Below are positions 1 through 8,756 of a stretch of DNA of 64,000 bases, one piece after another. The position numbers were made by a program, and so were the translations under genes. Where the stretch lies: NCBI GenBank assembly GCA_020435415.1, contig JAGQZQ010000005.1:619-64618 (forward strand). The letters run 5' to 3'. Source of the stretch: Flavobacteriales bacterium (GTDB taxonomy: Bacteria > Bacteroidota > Bacteroidia > JACJYZ01). Below the pieces are notes generated by a model that worked only from the letters and a program-made list of their open reading frames with translations, ran no database searches and was not told the DNA's origin. Position 1 is the first letter of the stretch. Each line of letters begins with the position of its first letter.

Positions 1-150
1 CCTGAAGATATCCGTGACAAGTACCAGTATTTCACCGAAGCGGATATGAGCAAACTTCGCTCCATTGGGTATGACCAGCCATTTGTATCACTGGAAGATG
101 GGGTGACTGACTACGTGAAGAATTACCTGATGCAGGGAAATTACATGTGA
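1..150 (+). CDS. hldD: 3' end of an ADP-L-glycero-D-manno-heptose-6-epimerase-like (SDR) gene, cut by the window edge
   Basis: Frame 1 is open from base 1 to the TGA at 148-150. The tail PEDIRDKYQYFTEADMSKLRSIGYDQPFVSLEDGVTDYV resembles the HldD/RfaD C-terminus (YQxFTxADxxxLRxxGY..F...EGV). Only 49 codons are visible. Confidence 0.5.
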   Translation, partial: PEDIRDKYQYFTEADMSKLRSIGYDQPFVSLEDGVTDYVKNYLMQGNYM

Positions 151-168
151 TCCGGAACGCTTGTCAGG

Positions 169-504
169 CTACAAGGACTCGCGCAGATCAACCAGAAAAT
201 CCCGGATGTTTTTTAAGGCCTTGACGATCTCACCCTGGTCGATGGTGTCTGATTTATTCTCCTTCAGTTTCTGCTTGGCACCGCTCAGGGTATAACCGCG
301 TTCCTTCACCAGATGAAAGATGAGCCGGAAATGATCCACATCTTCCTGGGTGAATAAACGATTTCCCTTCTTGTTCTTTTTGGGTTTGATGATATCAAAC
401 TCCTTTTCCCAGAACCGGATCAGTGAGGTGTTTACATCAAACATCTGAGCTACCTCACCGATGGAGTAATAAAGCTTAACAGTGTCGGTCTCCTTGTAAG
501 GCAT
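169..504 (-). CDS. MerR-family HTH transcriptional regulator (111 aa)
   Basis: N-terminal YSIGEVAQMFDVNTSLIRFWEKEF...GNRLFTQEDVDHFRLI is a MerR-type winged HTH. ATG start confirmed. Confidence 0.8.
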   Translation of the reverse strand: MPYKETDTVKLYYSIGEVAQMFDVNTSLIRFWEKEFDIIKPKKNKKGNRLFTQEDVDHFRLIFHLVKERGYTLSGAKQKLKENKSDTIDQGEIVKALKNIRDFLVDLRESL

Positions 505-521
505 GATGTGAAAGGGAAATC

Positions 522-1490
522 TTAGTCGAACGACTGATTTGAACGGGATGCCAGTTCAATCATCTTGTCGTATTCCTCAGGCGAAAGGTCGTTGTAGTAA
601 TAGTTGATCGGGTTCACCTTTGTGCCGTTCTTGATGATCTCATAGTGGCAGTGCGGGCCGATGGACACACCGGTGCTTCCCACATAACCGATCACCTGAC
701 CGCGCTTGACTTTCTCACCGACCTTCACCAGCATGCGTGACATGTGGCCGTAGAGGGATTGATAGTCATAGCCATGATTGATCACAACATGAATTCCATA
801 ACCTCTTCCGTTCTCAGCCACCTCAACGGTTCCGTCACCGGTTGCGTAAATCTCAGTTCCCTGGGTTGCGGTGAAGTCCATGCCGGTATGCATTTTTGTC
901 GTCTTGTAAATAGGGTGGATTCTGTATCCGAAACCCGAGGCCATCCTTTCAAGGTCTTTGTTGGCGATGGGCTGAATGGCAGGAATGGAAGCCAGCATTT
1001 CGGCTTTGTTCTTGGCCATGTGAAATACGTCATCAAAGGAACGTGATTGCACATACAGTTGCTTGCTTAGCTTGTCTACCTTCTTGGTCGTTTCTATGAT
1101 GAGTTGGGAATTGGCATACCCCTCAAGGTCTTTGTATCTGTTCACACCACCAAATCCCGCTTTCCGAACACTTTCCGGAACAGGCTCTGCTTCAAAGATG
1201 ATGCGGTAGATATCGTCATCGCGACGTTGAAGATCCCCAAGTACCTCAGACAGGTTACCCAGGCGCTTGTTGATGATCTCCATCTGAAGAACAAGGTTCT
1301 CGTTCTCACGCTCCAGCAAACGTTCCGTCGGTGAAGGGAACCATTGGTGAACAACAAATACAAGTGCAGCGGCAATCACAAAAACAATGGAAGCAAGGGA
1401 AAGCACACGAAGCACATATTGCTTCCATGTGCGTTTCACGATATCGTAATCGAGTGTCTTAGGGTTGTATTTGAACTGTACCTTTGCCAT
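522..1490 (-). CDS. M23-family (LytM-like) metallopeptidase with N-terminal membrane anchor and coiled coil
   Basis: HTGMDFTA...GDGTV...GHMSRMLVKVGEKVKRGQVIGYVGSTGVSIGPHCHYEI matches the HxxxD / HxH zinc motifs of peptidase M23. A hydrophobic helix lies near residue 25-48. Confidence 0.85.
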   Translation of the reverse strand: MAKVQFKYNPKTLDYDIVKRTWKQYVLRVLSLASIVFVIAAALVFVVHQWFPSPTERLLERENENLVLQMEIINKRLGNLSEVLGDLQRRDDDIYRIIFEAEPVPESVRKAGFGGVNRYKDLEGYANSQLIIETTKKVDKLSKQLYVQSRSFDDVFHMAKNKAEMLASIPAIQPIANKDLERMASGFGYRIHPIYKTTKMHTGMDFTATQGTEIYATGDGTVEVAENGRGYGIHVVINHGYDYQSLYGHMSRMLVKVGEKVKRGQVIGYVGSTGVSIGPHCHYEIIKNGTKVNPINYYYNDLSPEEYDKMIELASRSNQSFD

Positions 1491-1516
1491 GTTTCGTATT
1501 ACGGATTTGGCTAACT

Positions 1517-1546
1517 TTGACCTTTTTTCAGGCCGGCTTACATTTG
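1517..1546 (+). promoter_or_regulatory. Candidate Bacteroidota sigma-A promoter for alaS (TTG-N19-TACATTTG)
   Basis: TTG at 1517-1519, a 19-nt spacer, and TACATTTG at 1539-1546 match the -33 TTG / -7 TAnnTTTG consensus. It lies about 77 nt upstream of the alaS ATG. Confidence 0.35.
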
Positions 1547-1554
1547 CAGCCGGG

Positions 1555-1585
1555 CAAATATAGCAATCTTACATCAAGTATTCAA
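1555..1585 (-). promoter_or_regulatory. Candidate promoter for the M23 peptidase gene (TTG-N20-TATATTTG on the minus strand)
   Basis: The reverse complement of 1555-1562 is TATATTTG. The reverse complement of 1583-1585 is TTG, 20 nt upstream. It is divergent from the alaS promoter candidate. Confidence 0.3.
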
Positions 1586-1622
1586 ACAGCAATCCTGTTG
1601 ACTGTCAGAGAATTATTAACAT

Positions 1623-4373
1623 ATGAGTGATAAGGCCCCTCTTGTGAATGTGAATAAAATCCGTAGCCGGTTCCTGGAATTCTTTCAATCCAAAGGCCAC
1701 AATATTGTTCCCTCCGCGCCCATGGTGGTTACCAACGACCCCACCCTGATGTTTACCAATGCTGGGATGAACCAGTTTAAGGACTATTTCCTCGGCAATA
1801 AAACCCCTGATGTAAAACGTGTAGCCGATACCCAAAAATGCCTGCGTGTTTCCGGCAAACACAATGACCTGGAAGAGGTGGGTGTCGACACCTATCATCA
1901 CACCATGTTTGAGATGTTGGGCAACTGGTCTTTCGGAGACTATTTCAAGGAGGAAGCCATCCGGTGGGCGTGGGAGTTGCTGATGGACTATGGGCTGGAA
2001 AAAGAGCGGATTTACGTGACCGTGTTTGGGGGTGATGAGAATGATGGTCTGCCCGTCGATGATGACGCCCGCGGTTTTTGGTCGGCTTTTGTTCCTGAAG
2101 ACCGGATTCTGCCGTTTGGAAAAAAAGATAACTTCTGGGAGATGGGAGATACCGGGCCTTGTGGTCCCTGCTCGGAAATTCATGTGGATATCCGGACAGA
2201 TGAGGAACGGTCCAAAGTAGAAGGCCGGTCATTGGTTAATGCAGGACACCCCCAGGTCATTGAGATCTGGAACCTTGTTTTTATGGAATTCAACCGGAAG
2301 AAAGATGGTAGCCTTGAAAAACTTCCCCAACAACATGTGGATACCGGCATGGGTCTGGAAAGGTTGTGCATGGTCCTTCAAGGTAAACGTTCCAACTATG
2401 ATACGGATGTGTTCACGCCTCTGATTGGCGTACTTGAACGCATGACAGGGAAACCTTACGGTAAAGAAGAACAAATAGATATTGCCATGAGGGTGATCTC
2501 AGATCATGTTCGTGCCGTTGCTTTTTCCATTGCCGATGGACAGTTGCCTACGAACAATGGTGCAGGATATGTGATCAAACGTATTCTGAGAAGAGCGATT
2601 CGTTATGGGTATAGCTTTCTTGACATCCGTGAATCCTTTATACACCAATTGGTGCCTGTTCTGGTGGAGCAGATGGGGACCTCCTTTCCGGAACTGAAAT
2701 CACAACAAGGCCTCATAACAGAAGTGATCAGGGAAGAAGAGAACAACTTTTTACACACGCTGGAAAAAGGGATTGTACGGTTTGAAAAAGCCTGTGAACA
2801 ATTAGATTCTAAGGGTGGAAAAGGGTTTCCCGGAGAAATTGCTTTCGAGCTTTTTGATACCTACGGATTCCCGGTGGATTTGACCTCCCTGATGGCCCGT
2901 GAGAAAGGATTTCCCGGAATAGATGAACAAGTATATGAGCGTTGTCTACAAGAACAAAAGGATAGATCAAGGAAGGCCGGTAAGCTGGAAACGGGCGACT
3001 GGATTAGTGTCGTGGAAAACGGAGAAACAACATTCCTCGGTTACGATAGTCTGAAAGAGGAAGTTCACATCCTGCGTTATCGTACATATGCTGCCAAAGG
3101 TAAAAGTGGTTTTCAATTGGTGCTCGACAAGACACCGTTTTATCCGGAAGGTGGCGGGCAGGTTGGTGACACCGGATGGTTGGAGAATGGCTCGGAAAAG
3201 ATTGAAGTCATTACTACCCGCAAGGAGAACGATCTGATCCTGCATTTCACGGAGAAACTACCTGCGGACCCGTCTGTTGCTTTCCAGGCTGAAGTCAATG
3301 TGGAAAACAGAAAAGCAACGGCAAAGAACCACTCTGCCACACATCTGTTGCACGCGGCACTCCGGCATCACCTGGGTAAGCACGTGGAACAGAAAGGTTC
3401 GCTGGTTGATGCGGAACACCTGCGATTTGATTTTTCTCATTTTCAAAAAGTATCCCCGGATGAATTGAAGGTGATCGAGCAATCGGTTCTGCATGAAATA
3501 AAAGCGGCGCATAAGCTGGATGAGCGAAGGGCCGTGCCTATGCAGGAAGCAAAGAATATGGGCGCCATGGCGCTGTTTGGAGAAAAGTATGGGGATAAGG
3601 TCCGTGTGATCCGGTTCGGTGACTCCGTTGAATTGTGTGGAGGAATACACGTAAGCAACACAGAAGATATTCAGGCTTTCCATATCGTGAAAGAGGCATC
3701 TGTGGCAGCTGGTATACGAAGAATCGAGGCGCTGACCGGAGAGGCAGCCTTAACGTTTCTGGCAGAACAGAGCCGAATCCAGAACCAACGTTTAATGGAA
3801 TTGGAAACGCTGGTGAATCAATTGAAGACGGCAGATCCTGAAAAGGGTGATCTGGTACATGCCCATGAGCTTGTTACCGCAGTGCAGCAAAAAATCGCTG
3901 CTGCTGAAAAGGACGGCCTGGCAGTGGTTGAGCCGGAGAAATTCAGTTCCTGGAAAGAGGTTGCGAAATCGGTCATGGCATCGATCGAGATCGCCAGAAG
4001 GAAAGAAGCACAACAAGCCGGTGCGGATCTGGAAAACCAGATCCGTGAGCATGGAGATATCAGGGTGCTCATCACCCGCTATGATGCGGATAATGCCAGC
4101 ATCAAGGATATTGCTTTTACCATGCGTGAGAAATACAATAACCTGGCACTGGTCATAGGAAGTGTATTCAATGATAAACCATCGCTAAATGTAATGATCA
4201 GTGATGATCTGGTCAAAGACAAATCCTGGGATGCCGGCACGTGGGTCCGTGAACTGGCAAAAGAAATTCAAGGCGGCGGCGGCGGACAACCATTTTTTGC
4301 CACAGCGGGTGGTAAAAACGCTGAAGGCCTTACCGCTGCACTTGCGAAAGCAGAAACGCTGGTAAGTCAATAA
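1623..4373 (+). CDS. alaS: Alanine--tRNA ligase (916 aa)
   Basis: Class II AlaRS catalytic core (FTNAGMNQFK, GNWSFGDYFK). Editing-domain zinc motif HSATHLLHAAL...CGGIHV. C-terminal DHHA1-like GGGGGQPFFATAGG. Confidence 0.97.
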   Translation: MSDKAPLVNVNKIRSRFLEFFQSKGHNIVPSAPMVVTNDPTLMFTNAGMNQFKDYFLGNKTPDVKRVADTQKCLRVSGKHNDLEEVGVDTYHHTMFEMLGNWSFGDYFKEEAIRWAWELLMDYGLEKERIYVTVFGGDENDGLPVDDDARGFWSAFVPEDRILPFGKKDNFWEMGDTGPCGPCSEIHVDIRTDEERSKVEGRSLVNAGHPQVIEIWNLVFMEFNRKKDGSLEKLPQQHVDTGMGLERLCMVLQGKRSNYDTDVFTPLIGVLERMTGKPYGKEEQIDIAMRVISDHVRAVAFSIADGQLPTNNGAGYVIKRILRRAIRYGYSFLDIRESFIHQLVPVLVEQMGTSFPELKSQQGLITEVIREEENNFLHTLEKGIVRFEKACEQLDSKGGKGFPGEIAFELFDTYGFPVDLTSLMAREKGFPGIDEQVYERCLQEQKDRSRKAGKLETGDWISVVENGETTFLGYDSLKEEVHILRYRTYAAKGKSGFQLVLDKTPFYPEGGGQVGDTGWLENGSEKIEVITTRKENDLILHFTEKLPADPSVAFQAEVNVENRKATAKNHSATHLLHAALRHHLGKHVEQKGSLVDAEHLRFDFSHFQKVSPDELKVIEQSVLHEIKAAHKLDERRAVPMQEAKNMGAMALFGEKYGDKVRVIRFGDSVELCGGIHVSNTEDIQAFHIVKEASVAAGIRRIEALTGEAALTFLAEQSRIQNQRLMELETLVNQLKTADPEKGDLVHAHELVTAVQQKIAAAEKDGLAVVEPEKFSSWKEVAKSVMASIEIARRKEAQQAGADLENQIREHGDIRVLITRYDADNASIKDIAFTMREKYNNLALVIGSVFNDKPSLNVMISDDLVKDKSWDAGTWVRELAKEIQGGGGGQPFFATAGGKNAEGLTAALAKAETLVSQ

Positions 4374-4408
4374 CCAGGCTTCACCAGGAAATTACTTGCA
4401 ATTAACTT

Positions 4409-5023
4409 TTACTTACGGGTCTTGCGTGGCCTGCCAACCTTTGCAACGGTTTTCCTTGTTGTGGCCTTTGTGGCTTTTGCCTTCGTTACAGGTGCACTGG
4501 CTTTTGCTTTTCTGGTTTTTTTGCCCGGTACGTTTATCTTTTCAGCGTACTCCGGATTGATCTTACCGATCCCGTTGAACCAGCTTTTGAGCGCAATGTA
4601 TTTCTGTCTGCGGCCCATTGAGAAGGTGTCGATCTTATGATCCCGGTTGCGAAGCCTGAAAGTGACGCTAATCACTGCCTGTCTGGTGCTTCTTAATTTT
4701 TCTTTAGGGATTTTGTGGTAGACCATCAGCTCGTCGGTCAGCTCGTCATATGTCAAAGGCCTATCGACCTGACGGAGGCGTTTCAGGATCATTTGTTCCC
4801 ATACGGATTTGCGACCCGGGCGCTGACGCACCTTTTTTTCACCAACATTCGGCGTGCGGATGCCTGTTGTTGAAGAAAGGGTTTCCAGTGCAGGGACGTT
4901 TGCGCCCAATCTGCCCAACACATTTTGAATGTGCTGAACCCTTCTGATGGCGCGATCCAATTCCTCCTCGTAAAAGGTTCTCATTTCAAAAACCTCTGTA
5001 TCATCTAAGTTTAATTTGCTCAT
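4409..5023 (-). CDS. Conserved hypothetical protein with a Lys/Ala-rich, AT-hook-bearing C-terminal tail
   Basis: The ORF-track frame is 4409..5101. The first ATG with a plausible N-terminus (MSKLNLDD) is at 5023. The tail KKTRKAKASAPVTKAKATKATTRKTVAKVGRPRKTRK contains a GRP AT-hook core. Confidence 0.6.
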   Translation of the reverse strand: MSKLNLDDTEVFEMRTFYEEELDRAIRRVQHIQNVLGRLGANVPALETLSSTTGIRTPNVGEKKVRQRPGRKSVWEQMILKRLRQVDRPLTYDELTDELMVYHKIPKEKLRSTRQAVISVTFRLRNRDHKIDTFSMGRRQKYIALKSWFNGIGKINPEYAEKINVPGKKTRKAKASAPVTKAKATKATTRKTVAKVGRPRKTRK

Positions 5024-5064
5024 TTCAATTGGTTTTGGATTAGGATTTATATAATAGGCAATGT

Positions 5065-5095
5065 CAAAGGTAAATATTACAATACCGGAAGTCAA
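5065..5095 (-). promoter_or_regulatory. Candidate promoter (TTG-N20-TACCTTTG, minus strand) for the AT-hook protein gene
   Basis: The reverse complement of 5065-5072 is TACCTTTG. The reverse complement of 5093-5095 is TTG, after a 20-nt spacer. It lies about 40 nt upstream of the ATG at 5023. Confidence 0.35.
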
Positions 5096-5148
5096 GTCCA
5101 CGGCGCAGCCTGCCGTAGCCGGGTTATTCCGGATATTCTCAGTGTAAA

Positions 5149-6321
5149 CTATCCCTGGGCGCTCAAGGGCTGTGCAAAGTTTTTCACATCCTTATCGGTG
5201 ATCTTGTCGCCGCAAAGTATAATGAGTCTTTCGATCACATTCCTGAATTCACGAATATTACCTGTCCACCTGATGCCTTGTAATTCTTTAATGGCCTCTT
5301 TGGTGAAGACTTTTTCTTTGGTTCCGCTTTCAGCGCAGATGATTTTACTGAAATGTTCGGCCAGCAGCGGAATGTCATCAAGACGTTCATTCAGGGAAGG
5401 TACCTTGATCACAATGACACCGAGGCGGTGATAAAGATCCTCACGAAAACGTCCGGCCTCTATCTCTTTCAGGAGATCTTTGTTTGTGGCGGCAATCACG
5501 CGAACATCCACCTTGATCTCCTTTTCACCACCTACCCGTGTAATCTTGTTCTCCTGAAGGGCGCGAAGCACTTTGGCCTGAGCGGATAAACTCATGTCAC
5601 CTATCTCGTCAAGAAAAAGGGTGCCTCCCGTCGCCTGTTCAAATTTTCCGATGCGCTGTTTCACCGCAGAAGTGAAGGAACCTTTTTCATGACCGAACAA
5701 TTCACTTTCGATCAGTTCCGATGGTATGGCTGCGCAGTTCACTTCGATCAATGTGGCATCGGAGCGGTTGCTTTTGGCGTGGATCCAACGGGCAACCAAT
5801 TCCTTTCCGGTTCCGTTCTCCCCATTGATCAGTACCCGGGCATCGGTTTCTGCTACTTTATCGATCATCTGTTTTACCTGCTCCATGCTTTTGGACTCGC
5901 CGATCATGTCATGAGTTTTCGCAATCTTCTTTTTAAGAACACGCGTTTCCTGGATCAGACTTTTTCGGTCAAGGGCATTTCTTACCGTCACCAGGAGCCG
6001 GTTCAGGTCAAGGGGTTTTGATATATAATCGTAAGCCCCCTTTTTTAATGCATCAACCGCCGTTTCCACATTGCCATGGCCGGAGATCATGACTACCGGA
6101 GATTCGGGTGCCAGATCATTCAGCTTCTCCAGCACCTCGATGCCGTCCATTTTTGGCATCTTTATATCACAAAGAATTACATCAAACTTGGTCTTGGCGG
6201 CCAGGTCAAGCGCCTCTTTTCCATCTGCAGCTTCCGTGACTTCGAATTTTTCATATTCGAGAATATCTCTCAGCGTGTTCCGGATACTCTTTTCATCATC
6301 AATTACAAGGATCTTGGCCAT
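5149..6321 (-). CDS. Sigma-54-dependent response regulator (REC + AAA+ activator) with no recognisable C-terminal HTH
   Basis: REC domain (ILVIDDE...DVILCDIKMPKMDG). Sigma-54 interaction domain (GENGTGKE Walker A, ESELFGHEKGSFT GAFTGA-like loop, LFLDEIG Walker B). The protein ends about 25 aa after the AAA+ lid. The ORF-track start at 6327 is TTG and the ATG is at 6321. Confidence 0.85.
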   Translation of the reverse strand: MAKILVIDDEKSIRNTLRDILEYEKFEVTEAADGKEALDLAAKTKFDVILCDIKMPKMDGIEVLEKLNDLAPESPVVMISGHGNVETAVDALKKGAYDYISKPLDLNRLLVTVRNALDRKSLIQETRVLKKKIAKTHDMIGESKSMEQVKQMIDKVAETDARVLINGENGTGKELVARWIHAKSNRSDATLIEVNCAAIPSELIESELFGHEKGSFTSAVKQRIGKFEQATGGTLFLDEIGDMSLSAQAKVLRALQENKITRVGGEKEIKVDVRVIAATNKDLLKEIEAGRFREDLYHRLGVIVIKVPSLNERLDDIPLLAEHFSKIICAESGTKEKVFTKEAIKELQGIRWTGNIREFRNVIERLIILCGDKITDKDVKNFAQPLSAQG

Positions 6322-6413
6322 GTTCAATGTTGTTAATTGGAGTATTAAGCATAAAGCTAAGTGACGTCGAATCTACAAAAACGTTGCCACATGTTTATGC
6401 AGCCCACCGGCCA

Positions 6414-7745
6414 TCATTGTTTCATCCGGATCCATTTGAAGATCTGCCCCCACGATACTTTGCTGCCATACCGGAGTATGCCGATGCGATAGATGCGCCC
6501 CGACAACCATACACCTCCCAGGAAGGTGGCGATCAGCAAAACGGCGGAAATGACAATCTGGCTCCAGTGTACACCGAAAGGAATGCGCACCATCATGACT
6601 ACCGGAGAGGTGAGAGGGAACAGGGAGAACCAATAGGCCACACTGCCATGGGGATCCTGAAGACCGGATATCATTGCAACCATGATCCCTATGATCAATG
6701 GTATGGATACGGGAAGCATGAATTGTTGGGTGTCGGTGTCATTGTCCACCGCGGAACCGATGGCTGCAAAAAAGGAACCATAAAGGAGATAGCCTCCGAT
6801 GAAGTAAAATATAAAGAGGCCGATCATCAAAGGCCAGTTGATCATGTTAAACCGCTCTATGACCTCATTCATTTTCTCAGGAATCTCCACCTGATCCTGT
6901 TCTTGCTGACCATCCATGCTTTCCTGCTCTGCGAAATTCTGAACAACGGTCCCGGCTGAATAATCCTTGGCAAAGGCTATCTGCAGACCGCCCACCACGG
7001 TGAATGATAATACGATCCAGAGCAGGAATTGCGTCAGGCCAACCAGGGAAACACCGATGATCTTTCCCATCATCAGGTGGAATGGTTTAACAGAAGCTAT
7101 GATCACTTCCACAATACGGTTGCTCTTTTCTTCCATCACACCGCGCATGATCTGGGCGCCATACAGGAATATGAACATATATATGATAAAAGATGCGACA
7201 AATCCGACCTGTATCTGAACGCCCACAATCGATTCTTCATCGCCGATATTGCTGACCACCTGTATCTTTCTTCGCAAACGCCTGATCACATCTTCGCTCA
7301 CATCGTTCTTGATCATCCAGTATTCTTCAATGACTTTCTGGACATCCTTTTGAACATAGGTGACCGTATTCAGCCCCGGTTCTTTGTTTGAATTAAGGGT
7401 TACTACGCCCCCTTTCAGGATGTTTTCCGGAATGAAAAGGACCGATACGTCATCCGAATCTTTAAATAATCGTTGTACTTCCACGAACTGTTTATCGATG
7501 TATTTCCAGTTATAGATCACATTCTCATTGCTGGGCATGGATCTTACCGGAAAAAGAAAGGAATTGTCCACCACCACCACGCGCCTTTGCTCTTTGGTGA
7601 TGTTACTCAGCCACAACGGCACCAGCACCATGCCCGCAGTAAGTAACGGACCCAGGATGGTCATGATGATAAACGACTTCTTGCGCACCCTGGTGAGGTA
7701 CTCCCGACGAATGATCAGTGGAATTTTATGTCTGCCTTCACTCAT
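6414..7745 (-). CDS. ABC-2 type transporter permease (NatB-like, 443 aa)
   Basis: It has an N-terminal TM helix, a large periplasmic loop and then a cluster of 5-6 TM helices. It overlaps the upstream ATPase gene by 8 nt. Confidence 0.8.
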   Translation of the reverse strand: MSEGRHKIPLIIRREYLTRVRKKSFIIMTILGPLLTAGMVLVPLWLSNITKEQRRVVVVDNSFLFPVRSMPSNENVIYNWKYIDKQFVEVQRLFKDSDDVSVLFIPENILKGGVVTLNSNKEPGLNTVTYVQKDVQKVIEEYWMIKNDVSEDVIRRLRRKIQVVSNIGDEESIVGVQIQVGFVASFIIYMFIFLYGAQIMRGVMEEKSNRIVEVIIASVKPFHLMMGKIIGVSLVGLTQFLLWIVLSFTVVGGLQIAFAKDYSAGTVVQNFAEQESMDGQQEQDQVEIPEKMNEVIERFNMINWPLMIGLFIFYFIGGYLLYGSFFAAIGSAVDNDTDTQQFMLPVSIPLIIGIMVAMISGLQDPHGSVAYWFSLFPLTSPVVMMVRIPFGVHWSQIVISAVLLIATFLGGVWLSGRIYRIGILRYGSKVSWGQIFKWIRMKQ

Positions 7746-8709
7746 CGTTATTGGCTGTATTCATGAGGTCAGGATTTGCATCCGGGCCATGTATTTCTTC
7801 AACCTTTGATATGAATATCTCGTTCATGCGAGGAATCTCCTCGCGGAACCCGATCACCTCCACATAAGGGATCACTGCTTGCAGCAGATCATTTGGTTTA
7901 TGTTCGTTTCTGAGACGAACCGAGACCTCATTGCGGCCATCCTTTTCCATGGTCTTCAAAACTTCCGCACCACCCCAAAGACTGTTGGTGAAGGCCAGAA
8001 GGTTTCCGGTAAATGTGACCGTGTAAGTGTTTTTATGATAGGATCGCCGCACTTCATCAACGGAGCCATCCAGAATTTTCCTGGAATGATTAATCAGCGC
8101 GATGTGATCGCATAACTCCTCTACGGATTCCATGCGGTGGGTAGAGAAAAGTATGGTGCTGCCTTCGTCTCTCAGTTGAAGAATCTCTTTTTTGATCAGG
8201 TTGGCATTGATGGGATCAAAGCCGCTGAACGGCTCATCGAATATGAGAAGCTCTGGTTTATGCAGCACGGTGGTGATGAACTGGATCTTTTGCTGCATGC
8301 CTTTGGATAGTTCTTCTACTTTCTTCCGCCACCATCCTTCGATGCCGAATTTCTCAAACCAATACCTCAGTCGCTTGATCGCTTCTTTTCTATCCATCCC
8401 CTTCAGCCTTGCCAGGTAAAGCGCCTGTTCGCCCACTTCCATTTTCCGGTACAATCCACGTTCTTCGGGAAGGTAACCGATGTTTTCCACGTGATGGGGG
8501 CGTAGCGGTTCGCCGTTGATATAAACCTGTCCGTTATCGGGGATAATGATCTGGTTGATGATTCGGATCAACGTTGTTTTACCCGCGCCATTGGGTCCGA
8601 GCAAACCGAAAATGCTTCCGGGCGGAACCTCCAGACTAACGTCGTTGAGGGCTTGGTGTCCGGTGAACGATTTGCTTACATTCCGAACACTTAACAATGA
8701 ATCCATCAT
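7738..8709 (-). CDS. ABC transporter ATP-binding protein (NatA-like, 323 aa)
   Basis: Walker A GPNGAGKTT, signature LSKGMQQK, Walker B LLIFDEPFSGFD. Confidence 0.9.
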   Translation of the reverse strand: MMDSLLSVRNVSKSFTGHQALNDVSLEVPPGSIFGLLGPNGAGKTTLIRIINQIIIPDNGQVYINGEPLRPHHVENIGYLPEERGLYRKMEVGEQALYLARLKGMDRKEAIKRLRYWFEKFGIEGWWRKKVEELSKGMQQKIQFITTVLHKPELLIFDEPFSGFDPINANLIKKEILQLRDEGSTILFSTHRMESVEELCDHIALINHSRKILDGSVDEVRRSYHKNTYTVTFTGNLLAFTNSLWGGAEVLKTMEKDGRNEVSVRLRNEHKPNDLLQAVIPYVEVIGFREEIPRMNEIFISKVEEIHGPDANPDLMNTANNDE

Positions 8710-8756
8710 TGGATAAAGGTAAACAATCGTCTGAAAACAAAGAGGCGCTCAGGATT

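Noticed and set aside
1623-4373. AlaRS is about 40 residues longer than the roughly 875-aa enzymes I remember
   Set aside because: The extra length appears to lie in the coiled-coil linker before the C-terminal DHHA1-like domain, which is naturally variable. I cannot place an insertion without an alignment.
6327-6959. Long ORFs antisense to well-supported genes. Examples are 6327-6959, 20927-21523, 24076-24678, 28859-29572, 29874-30518, 31267-32043, 37430-38059, 38063-38614 and 43334-44080.
   Set aside because: Each lies entirely opposite a gene with strong family motifs (ABC permease, ribosomal proteins, secY, map, UbiD, TPR). Their translations are low-complexity or His/Arg/Cys-rich with no recognisable domains. 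They are typical shadow ORFs.
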